From positions 64,001 to 128,000 of the forward strand of contig BTVJ01000010.1 in assembly GCA_045863395.1 (NCBI GenBank): DNA of 64,000 nucleotides. The letters run 5' to 3'. The notes under the pieces were generated by a model. It saw nothing but the letters and a program-made list of their open reading frames with translations, made no database searches and was not told the DNA's origin. The position numbers and the translations under genes were made by a program. Positions 29,136-37,408 of the stretch are shown one piece after another (within the stretch, counting starts at the first letter, position 1; each line of letters opens with the position of its first letter). The DNA is from Myxococcales bacterium. Lineage in GTDB: Bacteria; Myxococcota_A; UBA9042; JABWCM01; BTVJ01.

Positions 29136-30013
29136 TGGCGAACGTGCTGGTGCGTGGCGTGGGGAGCGGTGGGGCCATCCGGGCCATGGCGGTCGATGTC
29201 ACCACGCTCGGGCGCGAGCTGGCGGCGATCCACGGCGCCGCCCCCACGGCGGCGGCCGCCCTGTGCCGGGTGGCGGGAGCCGCGCTGTTGCTGGGGGCGA
29301 CGGTGAAGGGGCGCGCCCAGGTGAGCATCCAGGTGAAGGGCGACGGCCCCATCGGCGAGCTGTACGCCATCGCGGACGCACACGGGTCGGTGCGGGTGTC
29401 CATCGACGACCCGAGCGTCCACATGGCGTCCCCGTTCGACGGGAGCTACTCCGTCGGGGCCGCGGTGGGCAACGGCACGCTGACCGTGACCAGGAGCGTC
29501 GGGGAGGGGGACCCCTACCGGAGCATCGTGCCCCTCGTGTCCGGCGAGATCGCCCTCGACATGGCACACTACTTCACGGCCAGCGAGCAGAAGCCGAGCG
29601 CCATGGGGCTGGGGGAGCTCCTCGATCCCAGCGGCGTGGTGGCGGCGGGCGGCTTCCTGCTCCAGACCTTCCCGGGCGTAGACGAGGCGCTGTTGGCGGA
29701 GGTGGAGGAGCGGATCGGGGCGCTGCCCAGGTTGTCATCGCTGCTGGCCGAGGGAGCCGGCCCGGAGGACGTCTTGCGGCGACTGCTGCCCGACCTGGTG
29801 GTGCTGGACAGCTACCCCGTGCAGCGCGTCTGTACGTGCTCCGTGGAGCGCAGCGAGCAGATCCTCGTGGCGCTGGGGGAGCAGGAGCTGGAGTCGCTGA
29901 TCGCCGACCAGCAGACCACCGACCTGCGCTGCCACTTCTGCAACACGGTCTACGCCTTCAGCCGCGACGACGTCCGGGCGCTGCTCCGCTCGGCGCGGGG
30001 GCTGCTGCACTAG
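29135..30013 (+). CDS. hslO: Hsp33 redox-regulated chaperone
   Basis: GDGPIG, SGEIALD, SEQKPS, AAGGFLLQ, CTCS...CHFC zinc centre; TGATG coupling. Confidence 0.93.
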   Translation: MANVLVRGVGSGGAIRAMAVDVTTLGRELAAIHGAAPTAAAALCRVAGAALLLGATVKGRAQVSIQVKGDGPIGELYAIADAHGSVRVSIDDPSVHMASPFDGSYSVGAAVGNGTLTVTRSVGEGDPYRSIVPLVSGEIALDMAHYFTASEQKPSAMGLGELLDPSGVVAAGGFLLQTFPGVDEALLAEVEERIGALPRLSSLLAEGAGPEDVLRRLLPDLVVLDSYPVQRVCTCSVERSEQILVALGEQELESLIADQQTTDLRCHFCNTVYAFSRDDVRALLRSARGLLH

Positions 30014-30023
30014 CGTCTTGGAG

Positions 30024-30815
30024 CTACGCCGCCAGCGGCAGGCGCTTCACCCACGCGTCGAACCCACCGTCCACCGCGTCGTCGTAGACCTCCTGCAGGT
30101 GCAGGTCGAACCACCGCTCCCCGGCCACGGGGTCGAGCACGCTGTCCGTGACCCGCCCCGCACACACGAGGGGCGCGAGCCCCCCGGCGTCGTCGACGAG
30201 CAGGTGCACCCACACCCGCGTGCCGATGGTCGGCGGCGTCCGCTGGACCACCATGCGCAGCGCGCGGCGCCCGATGGAGATGACCGTGCCGCTCTCCAGG
30301 CGGCTCGGCAGCTCGGCGGACGCGGCGAGCAGCACGGGGGTGGCGGCGCTGGAGGGGCGGAGGTCCCGCGCCGGGAGGATGGGCGGCGCGGGCTCGAAGC
30401 CGCGGCAGGGGACGGGGGGCGCCAGGAACGTCAGGCGATGCAGGCACCCGACGGCCTCCGGGTCGCTGACCGGCGCGCGAAGCGTGTCGCGGACCAACGC
30501 GAGGAGGGCTGCCTCGGACTCGCTCTCGGCGGCGAGCCACCGGGCCCCAAAGCCGCCCAGTATGCCGGGCGCGGGCTGGAGCACCCACCTCACCTGGGCG
30601 CTGACGTGGACCGGGGTGCCTTGAGGCTCCGGCGTGATCGCGACGACGATGTGCTGCCCGACCGCCGGCAGCGACACCGCACGGAAGAACGCCCCGCCGG
30701 CGCTCACGTCGACGGTGGCCACCTCCTGGGTGGAGCCGTCGGGCCCCCGAAGGGTGGCCACGAGCTGTAGGTTCCTGCGAGCGTAGGCGCGAAGATCCGG
30801 GTGCCAGGTGGACAT
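30024..30815 (-). CDS. PilZ-domain protein (one canonical domain plus a possible degenerate second)
   Basis: RAYAR (RxxxR) and DVSAGG (DxSxxG) motifs; AQVRW; GFGARW. Confidence 0.75.
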   Translation of the reverse strand: MSTWHPDLRAYARRNLQLVATLRGPDGSTQEVATVDVSAGGAFFRAVSLPAVGQHIVVAITPEPQGTPVHVSAQVRWVLQPAPGILGGFGARWLAAESESEAALLALVRDTLRAPVSDPEAVGCLHRLTFLAPPVPCRGFEPAPPILPARDLRPSSAATPVLLAASAELPSRLESGTVISIGRRALRMVVQRTPPTIGTRVWVHLLVDDAGGLAPLVCAGRVTDSVLDPVAGERWFDLHLQEVYDDAVDGGFDAWVKRLPLAA

Positions 30816-30903
30816 GGGCGTGCTCCCTCTCGTGGTGTGGCTCCGGCGTGCCACATCGGACGAGCGGGCGCAGACCTTGAGGGTGGAGTCGAGGCGAGGG
30901 GCG

Positions 30904-31752
30904 TCACGCCGACGCGGCGACCGCAGCAGCAGGGGCGGCGGTCATGGCTCGGACGATCCACTCCCGCAGCGCGTCACGCCCACGGCATGGGGGGACGGCG
31001 TCGGCGGCTGCCCGGACGAGGCGTCGCCAGCGTTCGGCGGCAACGTCGACGCCCAGCTCCGTGACGGCGCTCGGGCGCAGGCGGGCCGCGTCCTGCCCCA
31101 CGGGCTTGCCGAGCAGCTCTGGCGTGGCCAGGGCGTCAGCGAGGTCGTCGGCCACCTGCCACGCCTCGCCGAGGCGAGCGCCGAGGGGGAGCCAGCGCGC
31201 GGGATCGTCCCCGCACGCGGCGGCGCCCGCACCGACCGCCGCCTCGAACAGGGCCGCGGTCTTCCGGTGGTAGGCCCGCAGGTCGACGCACGGCTCGCCC
31301 TCCCAGGCCTGCCCGGCGATGATCCCGTGCGGCACGCCGACTCCCCGGGCGACCGAGAGGAGGGTCGCGGCCAGGTGCGGCGACGGGGTCTGCGCCAGCT
31401 CCTCGAAGGCCATGACGATGAGGGCGTCCCCGGCCAGGATTGCGAGCGGCTCGCCATGCGCCCGGTGCAGCGACGGGCGGCCCCGGCGCAGGGGCGCGTC
31501 GTCGAAGGCGGGCAGGTCGTCGTGCACCAGCGACGCGCAGTGCAGCAGCTCGACGGAGACGGCGGCGCTGACCGCGAGGGTTGGCGTGGGGGACGCGCAG
31601 GCCTCGGCTACCCGCAGGCACAGCCGGGGCCGGACGCGGCCGCCGGCCGGGAACACCGCATGGCGCATCGCCGCGACGAGGCGCGGTGGCGCCCCGGCGG
31701 CCCGAGCGAGCACCCCCTCCAGCCCGACTTCGATGGTTTGTCCAAGGCTCAT
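30904..31752 (-). CDS. crtE: Geranylgeranyl diphosphate synthase
   Basis: ELLHCASLVHDDLPAFDDAPLRRGRPS, AGDAL, QVADDLAD, GKPVGQD. Confidence 0.9.
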   Translation of the reverse strand: MSLGQTIEVGLEGVLARAAGAPPRLVAAMRHAVFPAGGRVRPRLCLRVAEACASPTPTLAVSAAVSVELLHCASLVHDDLPAFDDAPLRRGRPSLHRAHGEPLAILAGDALIVMAFEELAQTPSPHLAATLLSVARGVGVPHGIIAGQAWEGEPCVDLRAYHRKTAALFEAAVGAGAAACGDDPARWLPLGARLGEAWQVADDLADALATPELLGKPVGQDAARLRPSAVTELGVDVAAERWRRLVRAAADAVPPCRGRDALREWIVRAMTAAPAAAVAASA

Positions 31753-31786
31753 CGGCACCCCTTGCATTGTGAATAGCGTTAGTCGA

Positions 31787-31819
31787 TATTTGAACACAGA
31801 ATAGACAATCCATGAACAC
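31787..31819. promoter_or_regulatory. Candidate CarH operator in the divergent crtE/crtD promoter
   Basis: TnnACA hexamers at 31791 (TGAACA), 31802 (TAGACA) and 31813 (TGAACA), with exact 11-bp period in an AT-rich spacer. Confidence 0.7.
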
Positions 31820-31838
31820 AAATGCAAGGAGGGGAGAG

Positions 31839-33320
31839 ATGAGAGAGAGGCGCGTCATCGTCATCGGAGCCGGCATGGGCGGCCTCGCCGCCGCGCTGGA
31901 GCTTGCCGCGAGGGGCGTTGCGGTGACGGTCCTCGAGAAGGAGCGCGACGTGGGCGGCAAGGTGCGGCGGCAGGAGACAGGCGGCGCCATCGTGGACGCG
32001 GGGCCGACCACCTTGACCATGCGCCCCGTCCTCGATGCGCTGGTCGGCGCGGCGGGCCTGCGCCTGGAGGACCTGGTGGGGCTCCGCCCTGTCGAGCTGC
32101 TGGCCCGCCACTCCTGGCAGGACGGCTCGCGGCTGGACCTCTACGCGGACCCGGCCCGCACCGAGGACGCCATCGGCGCGTTCGCCGGCCCCGAGGACGC
32201 GCGCGGCTATCGCCGGTTCCGGGCACATGCGCGGCGCATCCGCGAGAGCGTGGAGGCGCCCGTGCTGGCGGCCCAGCGGCCGACCCTCGCCGCGATGCCC
32301 GGGCGCGTGGGGCTGGCGGCCGGTCTGCGGACGCTCTTCGCCATCGACGCCAGGCGCACCGTGTGGCAGGCCCTGCGGGACTTCTTCTCCGACCCGCGCC
32401 TGTGCCAGCTCTTCGCGCGCCAGGCCGGCCTGTCCGGCAGCTCGCCGCTGCACGCGCCGGCCACCCTCAACCTCATCGCGGACGTGGAGGGCGAGGCGTG
32501 GACGGTGGACGGGGGCATGTGGCAGCTCCCGCGGGCGCTCGCAGACACGGTGGGCCGCCTCGGCGGGGAGGTGCGCTGCGGCGAGGGCGTGGCAGAGATC
32601 CTCGTCCGGGGACGCGCCGCCGGGGTGGTGACCGACCACGGGGAGACGATCCTCGGGGACGCCGTCGTGCTCAACGCGGACATCGGCGCGCTCCGGGCGG
32701 GGCACTTCGGTGCGGCCGCGCGAGACGCCGTGACCAGGGCGGAGGTAGGGGAGCGGAGCCTGTCGGCGGCCACCTGGAGCACCGTCGCTCGCACCGCGGG
32801 CTTCCCTCTGGCCGACCGCAACGTCTTCTTCTCTCGGGACCCTGCGGAGGAGCTCGGCGCCCTGTTCGACGAGCGGCGAGCGCCAGCGGACCCGACGGTC
32901 ATGGTCAGCGCCCAGGGGCAGGTGGGGGTCGGCGGCCCCGAGCGGCTCCTGATCCAGGTGGCCGCTCCGGCAGGGACGGACGGGGCCGACCAGGAGCACG
33001 CCATGCTGGGGGCGTTGGCCCGCCACGGCCTGGAGCTCCATCGGGAGGCGACGGTCACCACCACCCCGCGGGACTTCGAGCGCCTGTCGCCGGGGACCGG
33101 GGGAGCCCTCTACGGGGCGGTGGCCCACTCCTGGCGCGCGACCTTCGACCGGGCCCCCGCCTGGTCCCGCCTCCCGGGCCTCTACCTGGCAGGGGGTAGC
33201 GTCCACCCCGGCGCGGGCGTGGCGCTGGCCGCCATGAGCGGCCGCCTGTGCGCGGCGCGGGTGATCGGGGATCTGGCGGTAGGGCGTGGGCTGGCAGCGG
33301 GACAGAGGGTCGGGCGGTAG
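31839..33320 (+). CDS. crtD: Carotenoid 3,4-desaturase (CrtD-like; CrtI/CrtD family)
   Basis: GAGMGG FAD site, DAGPTTLTMR, GSSPLHAPATL, PGTGGALYG, LYLAGGSVHPGAGV; divergent from crtE. Confidence 0.75.
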   Translation: MRERRVIVIGAGMGGLAAALELAARGVAVTVLEKERDVGGKVRRQETGGAIVDAGPTTLTMRPVLDALVGAAGLRLEDLVGLRPVELLARHSWQDGSRLDLYADPARTEDAIGAFAGPEDARGYRRFRAHARRIRESVEAPVLAAQRPTLAAMPGRVGLAAGLRTLFAIDARRTVWQALRDFFSDPRLCQLFARQAGLSGSSPLHAPATLNLIADVEGEAWTVDGGMWQLPRALADTVGRLGGEVRCGEGVAEILVRGRAAGVVTDHGETILGDAVVLNADIGALRAGHFGAAARDAVTRAEVGERSLSAATWSTVARTAGFPLADRNVFFSRDPAEELGALFDERRAPADPTVMVSAQGQVGVGGPERLLIQVAAPAGTDGADQEHAMLGALARHGLELHREATVTTTPRDFERLSPGTGGALYGAVAHSWRATFDRAPAWSRLPGLYLAGGSVHPGAGVALAAMSGRLCAARVIGDLAVGRGLAAGQRVGR

Positions 33321-33398
33321 GCAGCCTCGACGCCAGTATCCAGGGGAGCCCTCCATGCGGTAAGGTACGCCTCGGCAACCCACTTCGGAGGTGCGCGG

Positions 33399-35765
33399 AT
33401 GCGTCGGATGCTGGTGGCGCTGGTGCTCGTGGCAGGGTGCGGGGACGAGGGTGGCGGCGCGGGGGCGGCGGACGGCGGAGGCGACGTGGGGAGCGTCGAC
33501 GTCGGTGGGACACCGGTGGACACTGCCGAGACGCCGGATGTCGCAGCGGATGTGCCTGTTGCGGGGGAAGACGTGGCGACCGAGTGCGCCGGGGAGCCGG
33601 ACGGGACCCCGTGCGACGATGGCAACGCCTGCACCGAGGGGACCACGTGCCAGGCAGGCGGCTGCGGGGGCGGCGCCACCGTGGCCTGCGACTCGGGGCC
33701 GTGCCAGGTGGCGAGCTGCGACCCGAAGGTGGGCTGCCAGGTCGACCCGGCCCCCGACGGCACGGCGTGCGCGGTCGGGTGCTTCGGCGCGGCCGCCTGT
33801 AAAGCCGGCGCCTGCGTGCCGGACCCGGCGACGCAGGTGAAGTGCCCGCCCCCGTCCGAGCCGTGCGTGTCCGAGCTGGCCTGCGACCCCGGGACGGGGC
33901 AGTGCGACGTGCCGATACTCAAGTCGGCCGGCGTGGACTGCGACACGGACGACGACGTCTGCACCAAGGAGGTCTGCAACGAGGAGGGCTGGTGCGGCCT
34001 GACAGGGGCGGTCGAGACCTGCGCGTCCCAGGCCCAGAACAACCCGTGCTGGACGTGGCAGTGCAACAAGAAGAGCGGCTGCCAGCAGGTGGCCTTCGTG
34101 GAGGGCGCCTCCTGCGACGACGGCAACGGCTGCACCGGGGCAGACACCTGCACCACCAACGAGATAGGGCAGAAGCTCTGCGTCGGCACGCCCCTGGTGG
34201 TCGCAGACGGCAACCCCTGCACCGACGACAAGTGCACGGGCGGCGTCGTGACCCACACCCCGCTGTCGGGGACGGCGTGCGAGGCCACGGGGGCCTGTAG
34301 CGTGGGCATCTGCGAGGGCGGGGCGTGTACGCAGACACCCGTGGCGGACGGCACGGTGTGCGGGCTCGGCAAGGTCTGTAGTGGAGGGCAGTGCGCAGAC
34401 GTGGCCTGTACACCGGCCTGCGGAGAGTGCGAGGCGTGCGACGCGGGGAGCGGGACGTGCAAGCCCAAGGCGAACGGGCTGCCCTGCGGAGACGACGGCA
34501 ACCCGTGTACGACGGACGCGTGCGGTGGTGGGGTGTGCCTGCATGGCCCGATCACCGACGGCACGGCGTGCACCTTGGCCGACGACGGCGACCCCTGCAC
34601 GACCCCCAAGTGTGGTGGCGGCCAGTGCTCCCAGATGGAGCTGCCCGACGGCACGAGCTGTGGCGCGGGCATGATCTGTCAGGACGGCGCGTGTATGGCG
34701 ACGTCCTGCTCCCCCCCCTGCGGCGAGTGCCAGGTCTGCTCGGGCCAGGCCTGCCAGCCCATCAACGGAGGGTGTACCGACGACGGCAACCCCTGCACGC
34801 TGGATACGTGCTCTGGAGGCGCCTGCACGCACCCGGCGGTGGGGGACGGGGTGGCCTGCCCTGGGGGAACGTGCCTGGGAGGCTCCTGCAAGCCGAGCTC
34901 TACGCCGGTGACTCTGGCGGACGGCCTCGACTCTCCCTGGGCCATCGCGGTGGACCAGACCCACGTCTGGTTCGTGGAGAACGACTCCACCGCCGGCACG
35001 GTGAGCCGGGTCGCGAAGACGGGCGGCGCAGTCGAGACGTTTGCGTCCAACCTGACGGAGCCGTGCGCGATCACGACCAACGCCACAGACGTCTTCTGGC
35101 TGGAGCGCGCGGGCGGGAGCGGCGGAGTCCTGGGGCGAGTCTCCAAGGGCGGCGGTCCGCCGGTCCCACTGGCCACCGGCCTCAAGAACGCCCAGAACCA
35201 CCTGGCTCTGGACTCCACCCACGTCTACTTCGGAGACGGCAAGGCGGGCGGCGGCGGCGCGGTGCGCCGGGTGCCCATCGGCGGCGGCCCGGTGGAGACT
35301 CTGGTCGACACGGGAATCGTGAATCTGACGACGGCCATCGACGTGGACTCGGCGTGGGTCTACTTCCAGAACGACAGCGGCCAGATCAAGCGCGTCCCGA
35401 AGGCCGGCGGCACGGTGGAGACAGTCGGGGCGGGGTCTCCGTCGTCTCTGAAGATCGTGGGGACGACGCTCTACTTCGTCGAGTACACGGAGGGGGCGGT
35501 CAAGAAGCTCCCGCTGGGCGGCTCGCCGAGCACGCTGACCGGCAACGCCTACGCGGCCGGAGAGCTGGCGGTCGACGGCACCCACGTCTACTGGATCGAG
35601 TTCGACTCCAACGGCAAGGTGGCGCGGGTGCCCCTCGGAGGCGGCAGCGTGGAGACGATCAGCAACCAGGCGAACACCATCGGGGTGGGGCTCGATACCG
35701 AGTACGTCTACTGGTCCGTGTCGAAGTTCATCAATCAGGGGAAGATCATGCGGGCGGGGAAGTAG
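33399..35765 (+). CDS. Cys-rich repeat lipoprotein with C-terminal beta-propeller
   Basis: Lipobox VAGC; DDGNPCTxDxC repeats; blade repeats IAVDQTHVWF, LALDSTHVYF, LAVDGTHVYW, VGLDTEYVYW. Confidence 0.87.
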   Translation: MRRMLVALVLVAGCGDEGGGAGAADGGGDVGSVDVGGTPVDTAETPDVAADVPVAGEDVATECAGEPDGTPCDDGNACTEGTTCQAGGCGGGATVACDSGPCQVASCDPKVGCQVDPAPDGTACAVGCFGAAACKAGACVPDPATQVKCPPPSEPCVSELACDPGTGQCDVPILKSAGVDCDTDDDVCTKEVCNEEGWCGLTGAVETCASQAQNNPCWTWQCNKKSGCQQVAFVEGASCDDGNGCTGADTCTTNEIGQKLCVGTPLVVADGNPCTDDKCTGGVVTHTPLSGTACEATGACSVGICEGGACTQTPVADGTVCGLGKVCSGGQCADVACTPACGECEACDAGSGTCKPKANGLPCGDDGNPCTTDACGGGVCLHGPITDGTACTLADDGDPCTTPKCGGGQCSQMELPDGTSCGAGMICQDGACMATSCSPPCGECQVCSGQACQPINGGCTDDGNPCTLDTCSGGACTHPAVGDGVACPGGTCLGGSCKPSSTPVTLADGLDSPWAIAVDQTHVWFVENDSTAGTVSRVAKTGGAVETFASNLTEPCAITTNATDVFWLERAGGSGGVLGRVSKGGGPPVPLATGLKNAQNHLALDSTHVYFGDGKAGGGGAVRRVPIGGGPVETLVDTGIVNLTTAIDVDSAWVYFQNDSGQIKRVPKAGGTVETVGAGSPSSLKIVGTTLYFVEYTEGAVKKLPLGGSPSTLTGNAYAAGELAVDGTHVYWIEFDSNGKVARVPLGGGSVETISNQANTIGVGLDTEYVYWSVSKFINQGKIMRAGK

Positions 35766-36101
35766 TCAGTCCACGGCCGCGAAGCGCCCCAGGCCGAAGT
35801 GGGCCCCATACCCGAGGGTGATGGGTCCGCTGACGGGGGACGCGAACTCCAGCTCCAGGGCGACACCCAGGTCTTGGGGAGGAGGAGGCGCGGGCGCGCG
35901 GCGCACACGGACGGCGTGCCGGAGCCGCACGTCTGTCTCGTCCCAAGGGAGTACGCGCACGGCAGCGGGCGGCAGCCCTCGCGAGGCGAGCTCCGCTGCC
36001 ACCTGCCCCTCCAGGGTGTTGGAGCCTCGGGCTTTGAGGAACCGGGGCGGCACGAAGGGGGTGGCGCTCGTCCAGAGGCGGATCCCGCCGGGCGGGCCAG
36101 G
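35766..36101 (-). pseudogene. csb2: 3' fragment of type I-G (I-U) CRISPR-associated Csb2 (Cas6-like C-terminal part)
   Basis: Frame reads GPPGGIRLWTSATPFVPPRFLK...ELEFASPVSGPITLGYGAHFGLGRFAAV, including the Cas6-type Gly-rich loop. The N-terminal majority is absent. The 5' boundary is approximate. Confidence 0.75.
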
Positions 36102-36237
36102 GTCGGATTTCCGCAGTAGACCTCGGAGCCGTGGTGCCGACCCGGGAAAAGGGCGGGAGGCTCCCCGGACCGGGCGGACGGGTCGCGGGATCGGAGTGAG
36201 GGGTCGCAGGATCAGGGCGCGGGTTCATCGGCACGTC

Positions 36238-36342
36238 GCGCGACGACGTTGGCGTGGGGCGCGACGACGTTGGCGTGGGGCGCGACGACGTTGGCGTGGG
36301 GCGCGACGACGTTGGTGTGGGACGCGACGACGTCGGCGTGGG
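36238..36342. repeat. Tandem repeat, 5 x 21 bp (GCGCGACGACGTTGGCGTGGG), the core of a longer degenerate 21-bp-periodic tract (36175-36510)
   Basis: Units at 36238, 36259 and 36280 are identical; those at 36301 and 36322 have 1-2 mismatches. Confidence 0.95.
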
Positions 36343-36693
36343 GCGCCACGTCGCCGGACTCTGCCGAGGCGTCGCGGGGCCGTCGCGACACCTCGAGACC
36401 AAGGGGGGCGGCCTCGACGCGGAGGAGCGCCACGCGCAGCGTCTGAAGCGCTACCACGAGGCAGGGTCGCGACACATGGAGGAGCGCCACCGAGGGGTCA
36501 TCGCCAATCTGGCAGGCTCGGCAGTCGAGGCCAACCGTCGCCGTCCTGGGCCCAACTCTGATGCCGAATTCGGCACGAAATCTCCTACCAAGGCACCCAC
36601 GTCCCGACCACCATGATAACTTTGCCTCTTGACGGCCCTTCGGGGTGCGTGCGACAGTCGCTGCGCCCCGTCCACCATCCATGGAGTGTACTC

Positions 36694-37389
36694 ATGGCCA
36701 GCAGTCCCCTTTGGAAGCTCCGCCGCCTCGCCCCGCGCGCCAGTCGCGTCTGCGCCCGTCGGCAGGACATCAAACCGGTCCTTGCCCTCTCGGGTCGCAT
36801 CGTCGCAGCCGCCGACGCCTACACCGGCGCCTACGACGTCGCAGCCCGTTACTCCCGCGTGTGGCTCAAGGAGACCCAGGAGGGCCGCACCGCGACCTCG
36901 GAGCTGGTCGTGAAGCTCCGGTCCTGGCTCCCTCTGGCGGCGGCTGAGATTCCGGCCTTCTCCGCCTCTACCTACATGGATCGCCCCGGGGTCCCCGACG
37001 ACGTCATCGAGGACGCATCCCGCTTCCTGGACGAGCTGGCGGACGCGGCCGAGGGCGGCGCCAAGCTCGACTGGGTCGCTGAAGCGACCGCCGACCTGGA
37101 GCCGGCCATCGCGAAGACCATCAAGGAGCAGGAGGAGGCAGAGGCCGCAGATCAACAGTGGCAGCGCCTGCTCGCGACCACGCGAGAGACCGCCCAGACT
37201 TTCGACGGCCTCCTCCAGACCCTCCGCCGGATCCTGGCGGCGGCGGTCGGTCGCAAGGATCGCGACTATCAGCGCCTGCGCGCCGAGAGGATCACCCGCA
37301 CGCCCGACGAGGACGACGACCAGGTTCCGATCGACATCGTAGCGCCGACCGTGACTTCCGAGCCGAGCACGGCGCCCCCGTCGGAGTAG
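36694..37389 (+). CDS. Hypothetical alpha-helical protein (231 aa)
   Basis: RBS GGAG before ATG 36694; coding-like codon bias; helical Ala/Glu/Arg-rich sequence; no recognised motif. Confidence 0.75.
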   Translation: MASSPLWKLRRLAPRASRVCARRQDIKPVLALSGRIVAAADAYTGAYDVAARYSRVWLKETQEGRTATSELVVKLRSWLPLAAAEIPAFSASTYMDRPGVPDDVIEDASRFLDELADAAEGGAKLDWVAEATADLEPAIAKTIKEQEEAEAADQQWQRLLATTRETAQTFDGLLQTLRRILAAAVGRKDRDYQRLRAERITRTPDEDDDQVPIDIVAPTVTSEPSTAPPSE

Positions 37390-37408
37390 GGGCCGGCGGG
37401 GAACGATC

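Noticed and set aside
36238..36342. 21-bp tandem repeat near cas genes as a CRISPR array
   Set aside because: Units are contiguous with no 30-40 bp unique spacers, and the period is too short for repeat plus spacer.
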